Below are positions 29,401 through 37,589 of a stretch of 64,000 nucleotides of DNA, one piece after another (the first letter of the stretch is position 1; the number at the start of each line of letters is the position of its first letter). Below the pieces are notes generated by a model. It was not told the DNA's origin. It searched no databases and saw only the letters and a program-made list of their open reading frames with translations. The position numbers and the translations under genes were made by a program. This DNA comes from Candidatus Spongiisociaceae bacterium. GTDB taxonomy: Bacteria; Actinomycetota; Acidimicrobiia; Spongiisociales; Spongiisociaceae. The stretch is from positions 1,440,001 through 1,504,000 of the forward strand of contig OZ241841.1 of assembly GCA_965202665.1 (NCBI GenBank), given 5' to 3'.

Positions 29401-30679
29401 ACTAAGCGGTAGTGGCGGCAATATTCGCACACGCGTTCGGGCCACGACTGCTTCCTCCTTCGGGACGGATGTGGCTATCAGTGATGACGGGAACACGATT
29501 GTGGTCGGCGATCCCCAACGGAACCACCCCGATCGCCAACTTACTGCAGTTCACCATGGGGCGGCTTACGTTTATACCCGAGGTTCGGGCGGGCAATACC
29601 AGCTGGCCGCCCTCTTGTCCAACGATTATTATTTTCATCAAGACAATCCCTATCACGGGTCTAATTTCAAAAGCCTTAATTTCGGGGCCGGGGTTGATAT
29701 TTCCGGGGATGGGAATACCATAGCCGTGGCCTCGCCCGGTGGCGGTTACAAGCCGCCGCATCCGGGTATGATTGGCCATGCTTGCCACCCGTCATCCGGC
29801 AACGATTGCGAGGTTGGATACATACATGTGTACCCCAAACCGGATGGCGGATGGCGAGACGACCACGGTTTCTACCGGGTCGCTTCCGCCGAGTTGGTTC
29901 CGCAGACATCTAGTACCTTGGGCACACCTATCTACCCCAATGATATTGACCTTGGCAAATACCGGAGCGTGAGCGTTTCCTATGACGGTTCGGTGGTGTC
30001 AGCCGGGGCTCCATTGACCTATATTCTTTACCCCGACCCCAACAACCCGGGCGACACGATTGAGCGCGAAGAATCTGGCGGGGTTTTTGTATGGGAAAGG
30101 CCGGATGACGGATGGTCCACCTCTGAGCCAACTGTTTACAACGCACTTCTGGGGTTGACCTTCGAGGACTCGGAAGATTTCGGGTGGATAGGAGGGGGGG
30201 CGCGGCTGTCCGCTGACGGTTCTACAGTGGTGTTTTCAGGTAATCATCCGGAGGCAGGCGATCCAAAAGCGGAGTTGTACGTTTTCCGCAAACCCGCCAC
30301 TGGCTGGGCCATTAGCGTCACTTACCAAACCTTGTCCCTTCCCGATTTGCAAAATAGAGGTAGTGCCACTTATACCATTAACGGAGTAGAAGTACAACGA
30401 CAGTTTATACCATCACAAGCGGCGTTCGGCCAGTGGGTTGATGTAAGTTGGGACGGCTCGGAAGTGATAACCAACCGCCATCTGCAATCACTAGGCGATT
30501 ATCGCGGGGGCGTGGTAGTGTTCGCCCGTTCCGCCGACGGAAGTTGGGAACCGGCTGGCGGTTTCCTCGGTGACGCCGGAAGCGGGTTCGGCCGCTACGC
30601 CGCCGTCGGAGGCGACGATTCCGTGGTGGGTGCCGACCAGTTTGGAGGTAAAGTAACCTGGATCAGCCGTCCCCGCTGA
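26471..30679 (+). CDS. Large SLH surface protein 2 (paralog of 20636-24322) with FG-GAP-like propeller
   Basis: AAGGAGG RBS, signal peptide, SLH motifs YAPNDSVLRWQMALFL and FGPQGFVTRAQMAAFI, repeats FGTDVAISDDGNTIVVG and FGAGVDISGDGNTIAV. Confidence 0.88.
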   Translation: MPRVAEKRWLILVVMLGLVAGLLGVDDQRAVATHGTDPDVDFEATYSACVGAATDPAGFEDTAGSFAEDAINCLAHFGVTQGRTPTTYAPNDSVLRWQMALFLARAAGPAGIVLENPATDQGFTDVGGLSDSARNAINGLAAAGIMPGATAATFTPNQPVTRASMAMLIDAFLREARPGTGAFGSEASKYSEVVSDSNAVFNDLTGVSILEFNAIGRIYELGITRGVGDHQFGPQGFVTRAQMAAFITRALAHTVARPAGVSVQISQDTVKGAGSSTELLISVRDAAFEPLADATVDVFSSADAPAAFASDGSCATGKVTGVIGAFACQVDRNDEVTDITGDITDLTLDNISAATTVWAWTGEVGDKYGSETDASSATVGFVKAPAKVLVSDDLKSDQQLLSLGQTIKFTLQVADEDDNPATEPGWRIPITISETTGAGATTGSSSTHLTDDQGRVELSFTKTGTSAPGETAKVTLQIGASAAVSDDVAVKPGVSGNLPVVDMTTNKVETVGDDAGKYVARWSEEASEPTTLTISPNNPFTLASDTGRGAVNMVTATLTDQYGAGVRGARIAFRSDDQNGVGGAGDGLNVTISREAPPRGGFNVHAIALEVSPAFITTGTSEVEFTITARRTSGVSVGYDLPINYAIDLAYGVTATPEALSGVLVIPRDYVSGSVVHPSMTLSVPEDAVGLSIFIGRVGALPTGPPITVGRTQVDIVEGEGGETVHSDIVSQGGVLKIVPCQFPRLVGSDLLPGGVTPVRCLTGEPRNNNYRTTNRSGKAIFSYSRDDDSGGLETIWASYLLRDTGDITESLLSDRLYHPWAEETDGNVSGQILVADADNDQAVILSGSGYAPQLVKYDSNDQLSSLDGLDIYANFDKHMGRVEGERLPGYMTVGSYSGTASGVSQISLYGRSTYQPPRHIAEAMDDKAAIAVSGNGVVVIGVPDRNAAYVYSGLGDRTPQTLTLNNRTVSEIDDNGLSGSGGNIRTRVRATTASSFGTDVAISDDGNTIVVGDPQRNHPDRQLTAVHHGAAYVYTRGSGGQYQLAALLSNDYYFHQDNPYHGSNFKSLNFGAGVDISGDGNTIAVASPGGGYKPPHPGMIGHACHPSSGNDCEVGYIHVYPKPDGGWRDDHGFYRVASAELVPQTSSTLGTPIYPNDIDLGKYRSVSVSYDGSVVSAGAPLTYILYPDPNNPGDTIEREESGGVFVWERPDDGWSTSEPTVYNALLGLTFEDSEDFGWIGGGARLSADGSTVVFSGNHPEAGDPKAELYVFRKPATGWAISVTYQTLSLPDLQNRGSATYTINGVEVQRQFIPSQAAFGQWVDVSWDGSEVITNRHLQSLGDYRGGVVVFARSADGSWEPAGGFLGDAGSGFGRYAAVGGDDSVVGADQFGGKVTWISRPR

Positions 30680-30703
30680 TCTAATATGAAAGGCAAGTCT
30701 TTA

Positions 30704-30737
30704 GGGGTGGCCCCGAACGTGACCACGGGGCCGCCCC
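30704..30737 (+). terminator. Stem-loop downstream of SLH gene 2
   Basis: ggggtggccccg...cggggccgcccc. Confidence 0.6.
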
Positions 30738-30760
30738 AACCTTCTCCGGTTTCCTACGGG

Positions 30761-30922
30761 TTATGACAGCAGGGCGGCTGTGAAAATGAGTAGCCGTACA
30801 AGTGGTGTCCAAAATCCGCCATCAATGATTAGTGTGATCTTTGTGTTTTTTCTTGCTAGTCGACATCCGTCTTTTTCTTCCCATAGTTTGCTTTCTCGTT
30901 CATAGTGAAATGTAACGGCCAT
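30761..30922 (-). CDS. Small hypothetical protein (53 aa, hydrophobic C-terminus)
   Basis: GAAGGGAG RBS before ATG 30922; low-GC patch. Confidence 0.35.
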   Translation of the reverse strand: MAVTFHYERESKLWEEKDGCRLARKNTKITLIIDGGFWTPLVRLLIFTAALLS

Positions 30923-31009
30923 TGCCGTTCTCCCTTCACTCGGAGCGGGGTTTTCCTGCTGTTGATGACAACATACGGGATTTTTCCCAAATGTCAACCT
31001 AAAAGGGTT

Positions 31010-31852
31010 TTAGGAGTTGGGCGGGGCGGTTTCCGCTCCTAGTTGGCGGGAGCGTTCGGTTCCGGCCGCCACCGCCTGTAGAATCAGCTCGGCGAAGCCG
31101 CCTTCTTCCATCACTCGCAAGGCGGCTTCGGTTACCCCTTGCGGGGAGGTGACCCGCCTTCGCAACTCGGACGGATGTTCGGAGGAGGCGGCCATCATCG
31201 CCCCCGCCCCTTTGATGGTTTGGGTAGCCAGCAACAGGGCGGTTTCGGGGTTCAGGCCCGCCCGTTCCCCCGCCTCCGCCATCGCTTCCGCCAGCCGGTA
31301 GGCGTAGGCGGGGCCGGAGCCGGACAGGGCGGTTACTGCGTCCAGCAACGGTTCGGACACTTCCACCACCTCCCCCACTGCGGCCAGCACGGTGCGGGCC
31401 GTCCGTATATGGACGGTGCGGGCCAGGGAACCGGGGGCGCATCCGGTTATCCCCTCCCCCAGCAGGGCGGGAGTGTTGGGCATGGCGCGGATCACCGGAA
31501 CCCCGGGCAGGGCCGCCTCGTAGCGGGTAATCCGCACCCCGGCCACCAGCGCGATCAGCAACGATTCGGGGGTGACGGCCCCCGCCAACTGTTCCAAAGC
31601 CGGATCTATATGTTGCGGTTTTACGGCCAGGACCACCGCCCGCCGGCCGACGATCCCGTCCGCCGGGCTTGACACGGTTAGGCAACCGGTGGTTTCCCGC
31701 AGTTCCTCCGCCCGCGGCGGGTGGGATTCCACCAGGGTGATTTCCTCCGGGGCCCAACCGGAGTTGAGCAGGCCGTGCAACAACGCCCCGCCCATGGCCC
31801 CCACCCCCATGATGGCCAAATCGGGACGTTCGGGCGGCGGTTGATGCTCCAT
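31010..31852 (-). CDS. proC: Pyrroline-5-carboxylate reductase
   Basis: GVGAMG, VLAVKP, IRAMPNTP, DAVTALSGSGPAY, VTSPQGVT; TATACT -10 6 nt before the ATG. Confidence 0.95.
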   Translation of the reverse strand: MEHQPPPERPDLAIMGVGAMGGALLHGLLNSGWAPEEITLVESHPPRAEELRETTGCLTVSSPADGIVGRRAVVLAVKPQHIDPALEQLAGAVTPESLLIALVAGVRITRYEAALPGVPVIRAMPNTPALLGEGITGCAPGSLARTVHIRTARTVLAAVGEVVEVSEPLLDAVTALSGSGPAYAYRLAEAMAEAGERAGLNPETALLLATQTIKGAGAMMAASSEHPSELRRRVTSPQGVTEAALRVMEEGGFAELILQAVAAGTERSRQLGAETAPPNS

Positions 31853-31911
31853 ACGGGGAGTATACAAATCACCCGCCTTACGGCAGGCGGTCGGGTCGGG
31901 GGAGCGACCGC

Positions 31912-32604
31912 TCATCCGCCCCTTTCCGCGCCGGGCGCCGGGGCGGTGAGTCGGCGGACCGTTTCCCGAACTACGGCGAGCAACGCCTCCACCGCCGCCC
32001 GGTTGTCCCCTCCCCGGGGGATTATCAGGTCGGCGCACCGCCGGGAAGGCTCCACGAACCGCAGATGCATGGGGCGCACGGTGGCGTGATATTGGCCGAC
32101 CACCGACTCCAATGAGCGTCCCCGCTCCCGGATGTCCCGCACCACCCGTCGCAGGGCGCGGATGTCGGGATCGGCGTCCGCGAACACTTTCAGATCCATC
32201 GCCCGGCGCAGTTCGGCGTCCGCTAAGACCAGTATTCCTTCCAACAGGATCACCGGGCGGGGAAAGACCGGGACGGTCCGTTCGTTGCGCAGATGGCGGG
32301 TGAAGTCGTACGTCGGTTGCGCGATGGTTTTGCCGGCCGCCAGATCGGCCAGGTGGGTAAGCAACAGTTCGGTTTCCAGCGAATCGGGGTGGTCGTAGTT
32401 GACCCCGGCGCGTTCCTCGGGGGTGAGGTCCGGCCGGTGACGGTAATAGGCGTCGTGGGCGATGAGGGCCGCCCCGTCCGGGCCCGCCTGTTCCACGATG
32501 GCGGAGGCGATGGTGGTTTTGCCGGAACAGCTGCCTCCGGCCAGGCCGATCACAAACGGGCGGACTCCCGGGAGGAGCGGGCGAGGCTCCGGGGGGTCGC
32601 TCAC
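31912..32604 (-). CDS. udk: Uridine kinase
   Basis: IGLAGGSCSGKTT, HDAYY, NYDHP, YDF, LEGIL, RDIRERGR, VRPMH.FVEPS. Confidence 0.95.
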   Translation of the reverse strand: MSDPPEPRPLLPGVRPFVIGLAGGSCSGKTTIASAIVEQAGPDGAALIAHDAYYRHRPDLTPEERAGVNYDHPDSLETELLLTHLADLAAGKTIAQPTYDFTRHLRNERTVPVFPRPVILLEGILVLADAELRRAMDLKVFADADPDIRALRRVVRDIRERGRSLESVVGQYHATVRPMHLRFVEPSRRCADLIIPRGGDNRAAVEALLAVVRETVRRLTAPAPGAERGG

Positions 32605-33167
32605 TGCTTGGCTTCGGCCTTCATTCGGGCTTTGTGCTCCCGCAGATCCTCGATTTGCTCAAACTCGGCGACGTCGGCGATGGAAGGCCAGTCGGCGGCC
32701 GCTTTCTCCCACCCCACCGGGCCTTCCCGCAGTCGTTTGCCCACCACCCCGGCGAAAATCCGGGCTTTGGCGTCACCGAAACCGGGCAGGGCTTTCAAAC
32801 GGCGCAACAGGTCGGGGCCGTCCGCGGCCCCCCGCCAGACGGCGGCCGCATCCCCCTCGTAGTCGGCGGCGATGGCCGCGCACAGGGCCCCGGTGCGACG
32901 GGCCATGGAGTTGGGAAAACGGTGCAAGGCGGGCGGGCCGCGGAAGATTTCCTCCAACTCTTCCTCGGGAAGGGAAGCAATGTGGGCGGCGTCCAAAGGA
33001 CGGCCCAACCGCTGTTCCAGAACATAGGGGGAATGGAAAGCCCACTCCATCTTGAACTGCTGGTCCAGCAACATCCCGATTAGCAAAGCCAAAGGACGTT
33101 CGGCTAGCAACCGGTTGGCCTCCTCCGACTGCGTCCAATTCAATGACTGCGGAGCCCCTTCGCTCAT
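32601..33167 (-). CDS. HhH-GPD-type base-excision DNA repair protein
   Basis: PLALLIGMLLDQQ..MEWAF, PALHRFP.SMA.R, LPGFG..KA.IF. Confidence 0.88.
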   Translation of the reverse strand: MSEGAPQSLNWTQSEEANRLLAERPLALLIGMLLDQQFKMEWAFHSPYVLEQRLGRPLDAAHIASLPEEELEEIFRGPPALHRFPNSMARRTGALCAAIAADYEGDAAAVWRGAADGPDLLRRLKALPGFGDAKARIFAGVVGKRLREGPVGWEKAAADWPSIADVAEFEQIEDLREHKARMKAEAKQ

Positions 33168-33218
33168 GCCCCCATCCTAGTAGATCCCCCGCTGGCCGGA
33201 CATGCGATAATTCGAGGC

Positions 33219-34232
33219 ATGGGCGATGCGGAACCCGTCGACGGCCTGTCCGAGGGGCGGAGCTGGAATTGGATATGGCCGGCGGGGGCGGCGGCGCTGC
33301 TGGCCGTGGCCGGGTGGCTGGTGTGGATGGCGGTCGGTTCCGGGGGGGAAGGGCCGGGCGGAGAATACCGGATCGTCTACGACTCCTACCATCCGGACGA
33401 CAACCGGGAGGGCGGGGCGCGGGTGTTGGACGCCGATGGGAGCAACCACCGCTCCCTGTCCGAAGAAGGCTGGGATCCGCGTTGGTCGCCGGACGGTTCC
33501 CGCGTGGCCTTCTCCGGCCCGGACGGCGCCGGGATATGGGTGGCGGACGCCGCCGCCGGCCAACCCCGCCGCCTGACCGACGAAGGGTGGGGGCCGGTTT
33601 GGTCGCCGGACGGTTCCCGCCTCGCCTATCACTCCTATCTGGCCCCCGACCGGGACGGGATATGGCTGATAAACGCCGACGGGACGGCTCACCGGCAGCT
33701 GACGGAAGGCGGGGAATGGGCGGAATGGGCGCCGGACGGTTCCCGCCTGGCTTATTTCCTGAAGATCATCGACGGGGGCGGGGTGTGGGTGGCGGACGTC
33801 GGGGGCGGCGAACCCCGCCTGGCGGCGGAGGCGGGGGTGTGGCCGGAATGGTCGCCGGACGGAAGCCGGATCGCCTTCACGAGGGTAGACGGCGGGGTGT
33901 GGGTGGTGGATGCGGAGGGCGGCGAACCCCGCCGGCTGTTCGCGGTGGGGGAATGGCCGCAGTGGTCGCCGGACGGTTCCCAACTTGCCTTTCAACATCC
34001 GCAGGGCGGGGTGTGGGTGGTGGATGTCGGGGGCGGCGAACCCCGCCGATTGACGACCATGGGAAGAGGTCCCTCTTGGTCTCCGGACGGCTCCTACTTG
34101 GCGTTTTTCCGCGCTTTTGAAGACGGGGGCGGGGTGTGGGTGATGTCCGCCGCGGGCGGCGAGCCCCGTCAACTAACCGAAACCGGAGGTTGGCCGCGAT
34201 GGTCCCCCCGCCTTTTCGAAAGCGGCGGCTGA
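33219..34232 (+). CDS. Membrane-anchored TolB-like beta-propeller (PD40 repeats)
   Basis: N-terminal TM; about 7 repeats of P.WSPDGS.LAF...G.VWV.D..GG.PRRLT. Confidence 0.85.
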   Translation: MGDAEPVDGLSEGRSWNWIWPAGAAALLAVAGWLVWMAVGSGGEGPGGEYRIVYDSYHPDDNREGGARVLDADGSNHRSLSEEGWDPRWSPDGSRVAFSGPDGAGIWVADAAAGQPRRLTDEGWGPVWSPDGSRLAYHSYLAPDRDGIWLINADGTAHRQLTEGGEWAEWAPDGSRLAYFLKIIDGGGVWVADVGGGEPRLAAEAGVWPEWSPDGSRIAFTRVDGGVWVVDAEGGEPRRLFAVGEWPQWSPDGSQLAFQHPQGGVWVVDVGGGEPRRLTTMGRGPSWSPDGSYLAFFRAFEDGGGVWVMSAAGGEPRQLTETGGWPRWSPRLFESGG

Positions 34233-34421
34233 AAGTTGGTTCCCGACACGGGGGCGTTGTTTGACAGACCCTCAACAGAATGTATATATTGCGACTGTTC
34301 CCCCAACCGGGGTTGGTCTAGTGCATACCCGAATGGGTCGCAACCGGCATGGCGGCATAGGGCGGGTTCTCCCGAGGCGGGCTATTCTGGGGTTATGAAT
34401 TCGCCCGTCCGCCGCCGGTAA

Positions 34422-35348
34422 ATGTCCATCCTGCTCAACCCCACTTTTCATCCGCAAGAGTGGTTGGAGGCGTTGTCGGAACTGTTGCCGGATATTCCCA
34501 TTTGTATGTGGCCGAAAGTGGGCGACCCGCAGGAAGTGGAATACGCGGTGGTGTGGAAGCACGACCCGGCCGACCTGCGCCGTTATCCGAACCTGCGGGC
34601 TATTTTGTCGGTCACGGTGGGGATGGAACAGTTTCTGAAAGGCGGCTACCCAAAGGTGCCCATCGTGCGGCTGGTGGACGAGGCGATGACTGAGGAGATG
34701 GCCCTGTTCGCCTTGCATTGGGTGATCCATTTCCAACGCCGCATCGACCGGCATTTGGCCGGACGGGCCCGCCGGGCGTGGGACACCCCCGTCACCCCTT
34801 TGCCCGCCGAATACCCGGTGGGGTTGCTCGGATACGGGACCATCGGGCGGAGGATAGGGGAGGCGCTGGCCGGGCTGGGCTACCCGGTTCGCGCCTGGCG
34901 CCGCACCGACCGGGGCGGAGAGGAGGGGGAAACGGCCTTCCATCACGGGTCGTCCGGGTTGGATGAGATGTTGGGGGCTTGCGCGGCGGTGATCAACATT
35001 CTGCCCCGCACCCCGGCCACGGAGGGCCTGATGAACCGGCGCCGGTTTGCGGCCTGCCGCCCGGGGGCGGTCTACATTTCCCTGGGGAGGGGGGCCACCA
35101 CCGTGGAAGAAGACTTGGTGCGGGCCTTGGACGACGGGCCGTTGCGGGCGGCCGCTTTGGACGTGACCGCCCGGGAGCCGTTGCCGGAAGACTCGCCCCT
35201 GTGGGATCATCCCCATGTTCACATCACCCCCCACGTTTCCGGCCAGTTGCGTCCCGCCACTTCCGCGCCGCATGTGGCGGCCAACATCCGCCGCCTGCAA
35301 AACGGCCAAAACCCCCGCCCGCTGTTCGACCCGGCCTTGGGCTACTGA
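34422..35348 (+). CDS. ghrA: Glyoxylate/hydroxypyruvate reductase A (D-2-hydroxyacid dehydrogenase)
   Basis: PIVRLVD, GLLGYGTIG, ILP.TPAT, GRG, LDV...EPLP..SPLW.HP.V.ITPHVS. Confidence 0.85.
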   Translation: MSILLNPTFHPQEWLEALSELLPDIPICMWPKVGDPQEVEYAVVWKHDPADLRRYPNLRAILSVTVGMEQFLKGGYPKVPIVRLVDEAMTEEMALFALHWVIHFQRRIDRHLAGRARRAWDTPVTPLPAEYPVGLLGYGTIGRRIGEALAGLGYPVRAWRRTDRGGEEGETAFHHGSSGLDEMLGACAAVINILPRTPATEGLMNRRRFAACRPGAVYISLGRGATTVEEDLVRALDDGPLRAAALDVTAREPLPEDSPLWDHPHVHITPHVSGQLRPATSAPHVAANIRRLQNGQNPRPLFDPALGY

Positions 35349-36070
35349 TTCCCCGGGGCGGGGTCGGGGGTGAAGGCGGCTATTTCCAGGCCCATTTGGC
35401 GGGCGGCGGCCAGGAACTTTCCGGCGGGGTCGGCGGGGCGGTTCCAACCGGGCGGATATTCCCCCCGGGCGGCGGTGAGGGCGGCCGCGGCCAGGAAAAC
35501 GCCCCGCAGGAAGTCGGCGTCGTCGGCGACCGCCGCCGTCTGGCCGCCCGCCTCGGCGTACAGGCCCATCCAGGGGCCGTCGGTGGGGGCGGCCAGGTAA
35601 ACGGCCGGTTCGGGGAGGGCGGAGCCTTGCGCCCGTCCCGCCCACAACGGCCCCATCGGGAGCGGGAAGTTCACCGCCTCCCCGCCCCCCAAAGGAGGGC
35701 CGGGCGCGGTCCAGGCCAAGCGGACCGCCGCCGACCGGTCCGCCTCCTTCAGCGCCCCCAGCAGGGCGGCGGCCAGGTTCTCCCCCGCCAGGACGCCGGA
35801 TACGACGGCTGCCTGTTGCGGGGGAGGGCGCCGGTCCCATCCGGCGGGCGGCGGGGAGGCGAGAACCGCCGGCGCGCCCCCCGCCAGCGACCAATCCCAC
35901 CAGGGGAGGGCGGCGGGGGAAAGTTCCTGAAAAGCCAGGGCGTCCCATTCGCCCTCCGGCGTCCGCCCCTCCTCCAACAGTTCCACGGTCAACCCCGGTT
36001 GGGCGGCCAAGGCGCGAAAGGCGCGCCGCGGCGACTCCCCACCAGCCAGCACCCCGATGCGGGCGCTCAT
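35342..36070 (-). CDS. Hypothetical protein
   Basis: 242-aa ORF with genome-typical codon use, convergent with ghrA. Confidence 0.55.
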   Translation of the reverse strand: MSARIGVLAGGESPRRAFRALAAQPGLTVELLEEGRTPEGEWDALAFQELSPAALPWWDWSLAGGAPAVLASPPPAGWDRRPPPQQAAVVSGVLAGENLAAALLGALKEADRSAAVRLAWTAPGPPLGGGEAVNFPLPMGPLWAGRAQGSALPEPAVYLAAPTDGPWMGLYAEAGGQTAAVADDADFLRGVFLAAAALTAARGEYPPGWNRPADPAGKFLAAARQMGLEIAAFTPDPAPGNQ

Positions 36071-36080
36071 CGGCGGCGGG

Positions 36081-36218
36081 TCACGTTGAGCGGGGGAGCG
36101 GAGCCCAGGTTCCCGCCGGGGCGGGGGGCGGGACGATGGGGGGCGACCGGCGGGCGGCCAGCGCGGCTATCGCCGCCGTAGCCGCTATCGCCGCCGTCAA
36201 CCAGAGCAGGGTTTTCAC
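36081..36218 (-). CDS. Small membrane protein (45 aa, MKTLLWLTAAIAATAAIAALAARR...)
   Basis: Below the ORF-track cutoff; TACACT -10 6 nt before the GTG (leaderless); single TM. Confidence 0.55.
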   Translation of the reverse strand: MKTLLWLTAAIAATAAIAALAARRSPPIVPPPAPAGTWAPLPRST

Positions 36219-36246
36219 AAGGCAAGTGTAGGGGAAGCCGGCGCGC

Positions 36247-36816
36247 TCAGAAGTCGATGCCTTTCATAGCGGATACGCCCGCCTGGTAGGCGTGTTTGAC
36301 GGAGGTCATCTCGGTTACCGTATCCGCGGCCGCTATCAGCTCCGGGGGGGCGTCCCGTCCGGTGGCCACCACGTTAACCTGCGGCGGCCGCTCCTCAATC
36401 ACCCGCACCACCTCGGCGGCGTCGATCCACCCCCAGTTCATGGGGTACGTGATTTCATCCAGGATCACCAGCTGATGCCCGCCGGCGGTGATGCGCTCCC
36501 GGGCCAGCCGCCAAGCCGAACGGGCCGTCGCCTCCGACTCTCCCAAGTCTTCGCTGTCCCAGGAAAAACCGTCCCCCTCCGTGTCCCAGTCCGCTCCCAG
36601 GCGGCGGGCGATTTTTTCCTCCCCCACCTTCCACTCCTCCGATTTGATGAACTGCACCACCGCGCACCGCCATCCCCGCGCTACCGCCCGCATCAGGATC
36701 CCCATGGCGGCGGTGGTTTTGCCTTTGCCGTGGCCGGTGTTGACTATCACCAGCGATTGCGCCCGGCGCAAACCCCCCGGCCGGGGATCTTCAGTCGGCG
36801 GCCCTCCCTCCGTCAT
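36247..36816 (-). CDS. cobO: Cob(I)yrinic acid a,c-diamide adenosyltransferase
   Basis: VNTGHGKGKTTAAMG, VQFIK, ILDEI, ATGR.AP, ADTVTEM..VKH.Y. Confidence 0.93.
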   Translation of the reverse strand: MTEGGPPTEDPRPGGLRRAQSLVIVNTGHGKGKTTAAMGILMRAVARGWRCAVVQFIKSEEWKVGEEKIARRLGADWDTEGDGFSWDSEDLGESEATARSAWRLARERITAGGHQLVILDEITYPMNWGWIDAAEVVRVIEERPPQVNVVATGRDAPPELIAAADTVTEMTSVKHAYQAGVSAMKGIDF

Positions 36817-37589
36817 GCTCCCCCCCGCACCGGAACTATCGCCACCCCGTTGTCCATAGTCAGCACCTCCACGGTCGCCTGGTAATAGTCGCGAATGCAT
36901 TCCGCGGTCAGGACCTCCGCCGCCGGGCCCTGCGCCGCCACCCGCCCCTCGGACAGCAACGCCAGATGATCGGAGAACTGCCCGGCCAAAGTCAGGTCGT
37001 GCATGGCGGTGACGATGGTCATCGGCTGCCGGCGCCGCAACGAGCCTATCAACTCTAAAGCGTTCTGCCCTTGGCCGATGTCAAGGGAGCTGGTCGGTTC
37101 GTCCAGCAGGAGCAGGCCGGGTTGCTGGGCCAAAGCCCGGGCCAGGGCCGCCCGTCGTCGCTCCCCCCCGCTCAGGTCGGACAGGGACCGTTCCGCCAGC
37201 TCCTCCAAGTTCAGCATTTCCATGGCCCGGCGGGCGCATCGCACGTCGTTTGCGGTTTCCCAGCCCAAAAAAGAAAGGTAGGGGGTGCGCCCCAGCAGCA
37301 CGTATTCGGTTACGCTCATCCCCTCCGGCATAATCGGCTCCTGGGGGACGAAGGCCACCTCCCGGGCCCGCTCCCGGCGGGGCATGCGGGCCGGGTCGCG
37401 TCCGTTTACCAGGATGGTCCCCTGATGTTCCACCAGCCCGGCGATGGCCCGCAACAGGGTGGATTTGCCCGCCCCATTGGGTCCTAGAAGGCCCAGCCAC
37501 TGGTTGCGCCCCGCCCCCAAAGTCACGTTGTCCAACACCGGCCGCCCCGGTTGGTAAGCCACCGAAACCCCCTCCGCCAGCAGGCTCAT
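36813..37589 (-). CDS. Cobalamin/Fe-chelate ABC transporter ATPase (BtuD-like)
   Basis: GPNGAGKST, GRTPY, LSGGE, LLLDEPT, MHDL. Confidence 0.9.
   Translation of the reverse strand: MSLLAEGVSVAYQPGRPVLDNVTLGAGRNQWLGLLGPNGAGKSTLLRAIAGLVEHQGTILVNGRDPARMPRRERAREVAFVPQEPIMPEGMSVTEYVLLGRTPYLSFLGWETANDVRCARRAMEMLNLEELAERSLSDLSGGERRRAALARALAQQPGLLLLDEPTSSLDIGQGQNALELIGSLRRRQPMTIVTAMHDLTLAGQFSDHLALLSEGRVAAQGPAAEVLTAECIRDYYQATVEVLTMDNGVAIVPVRGGA

Noticed and set aside
20636-30679. Diversity-generating retroelement or invertase shufflon acting on the SLH genes
   Set aside because: No reverse transcriptase, recombinase, adenine-specific TR/VR pair or flanking inverted repeats seen in the window.
33480-34210. 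Recurrent tggtcgccggacgg DNA repeats
   Set aside because: Explained by the WSPDG protein repeats of the TolB-like propeller.
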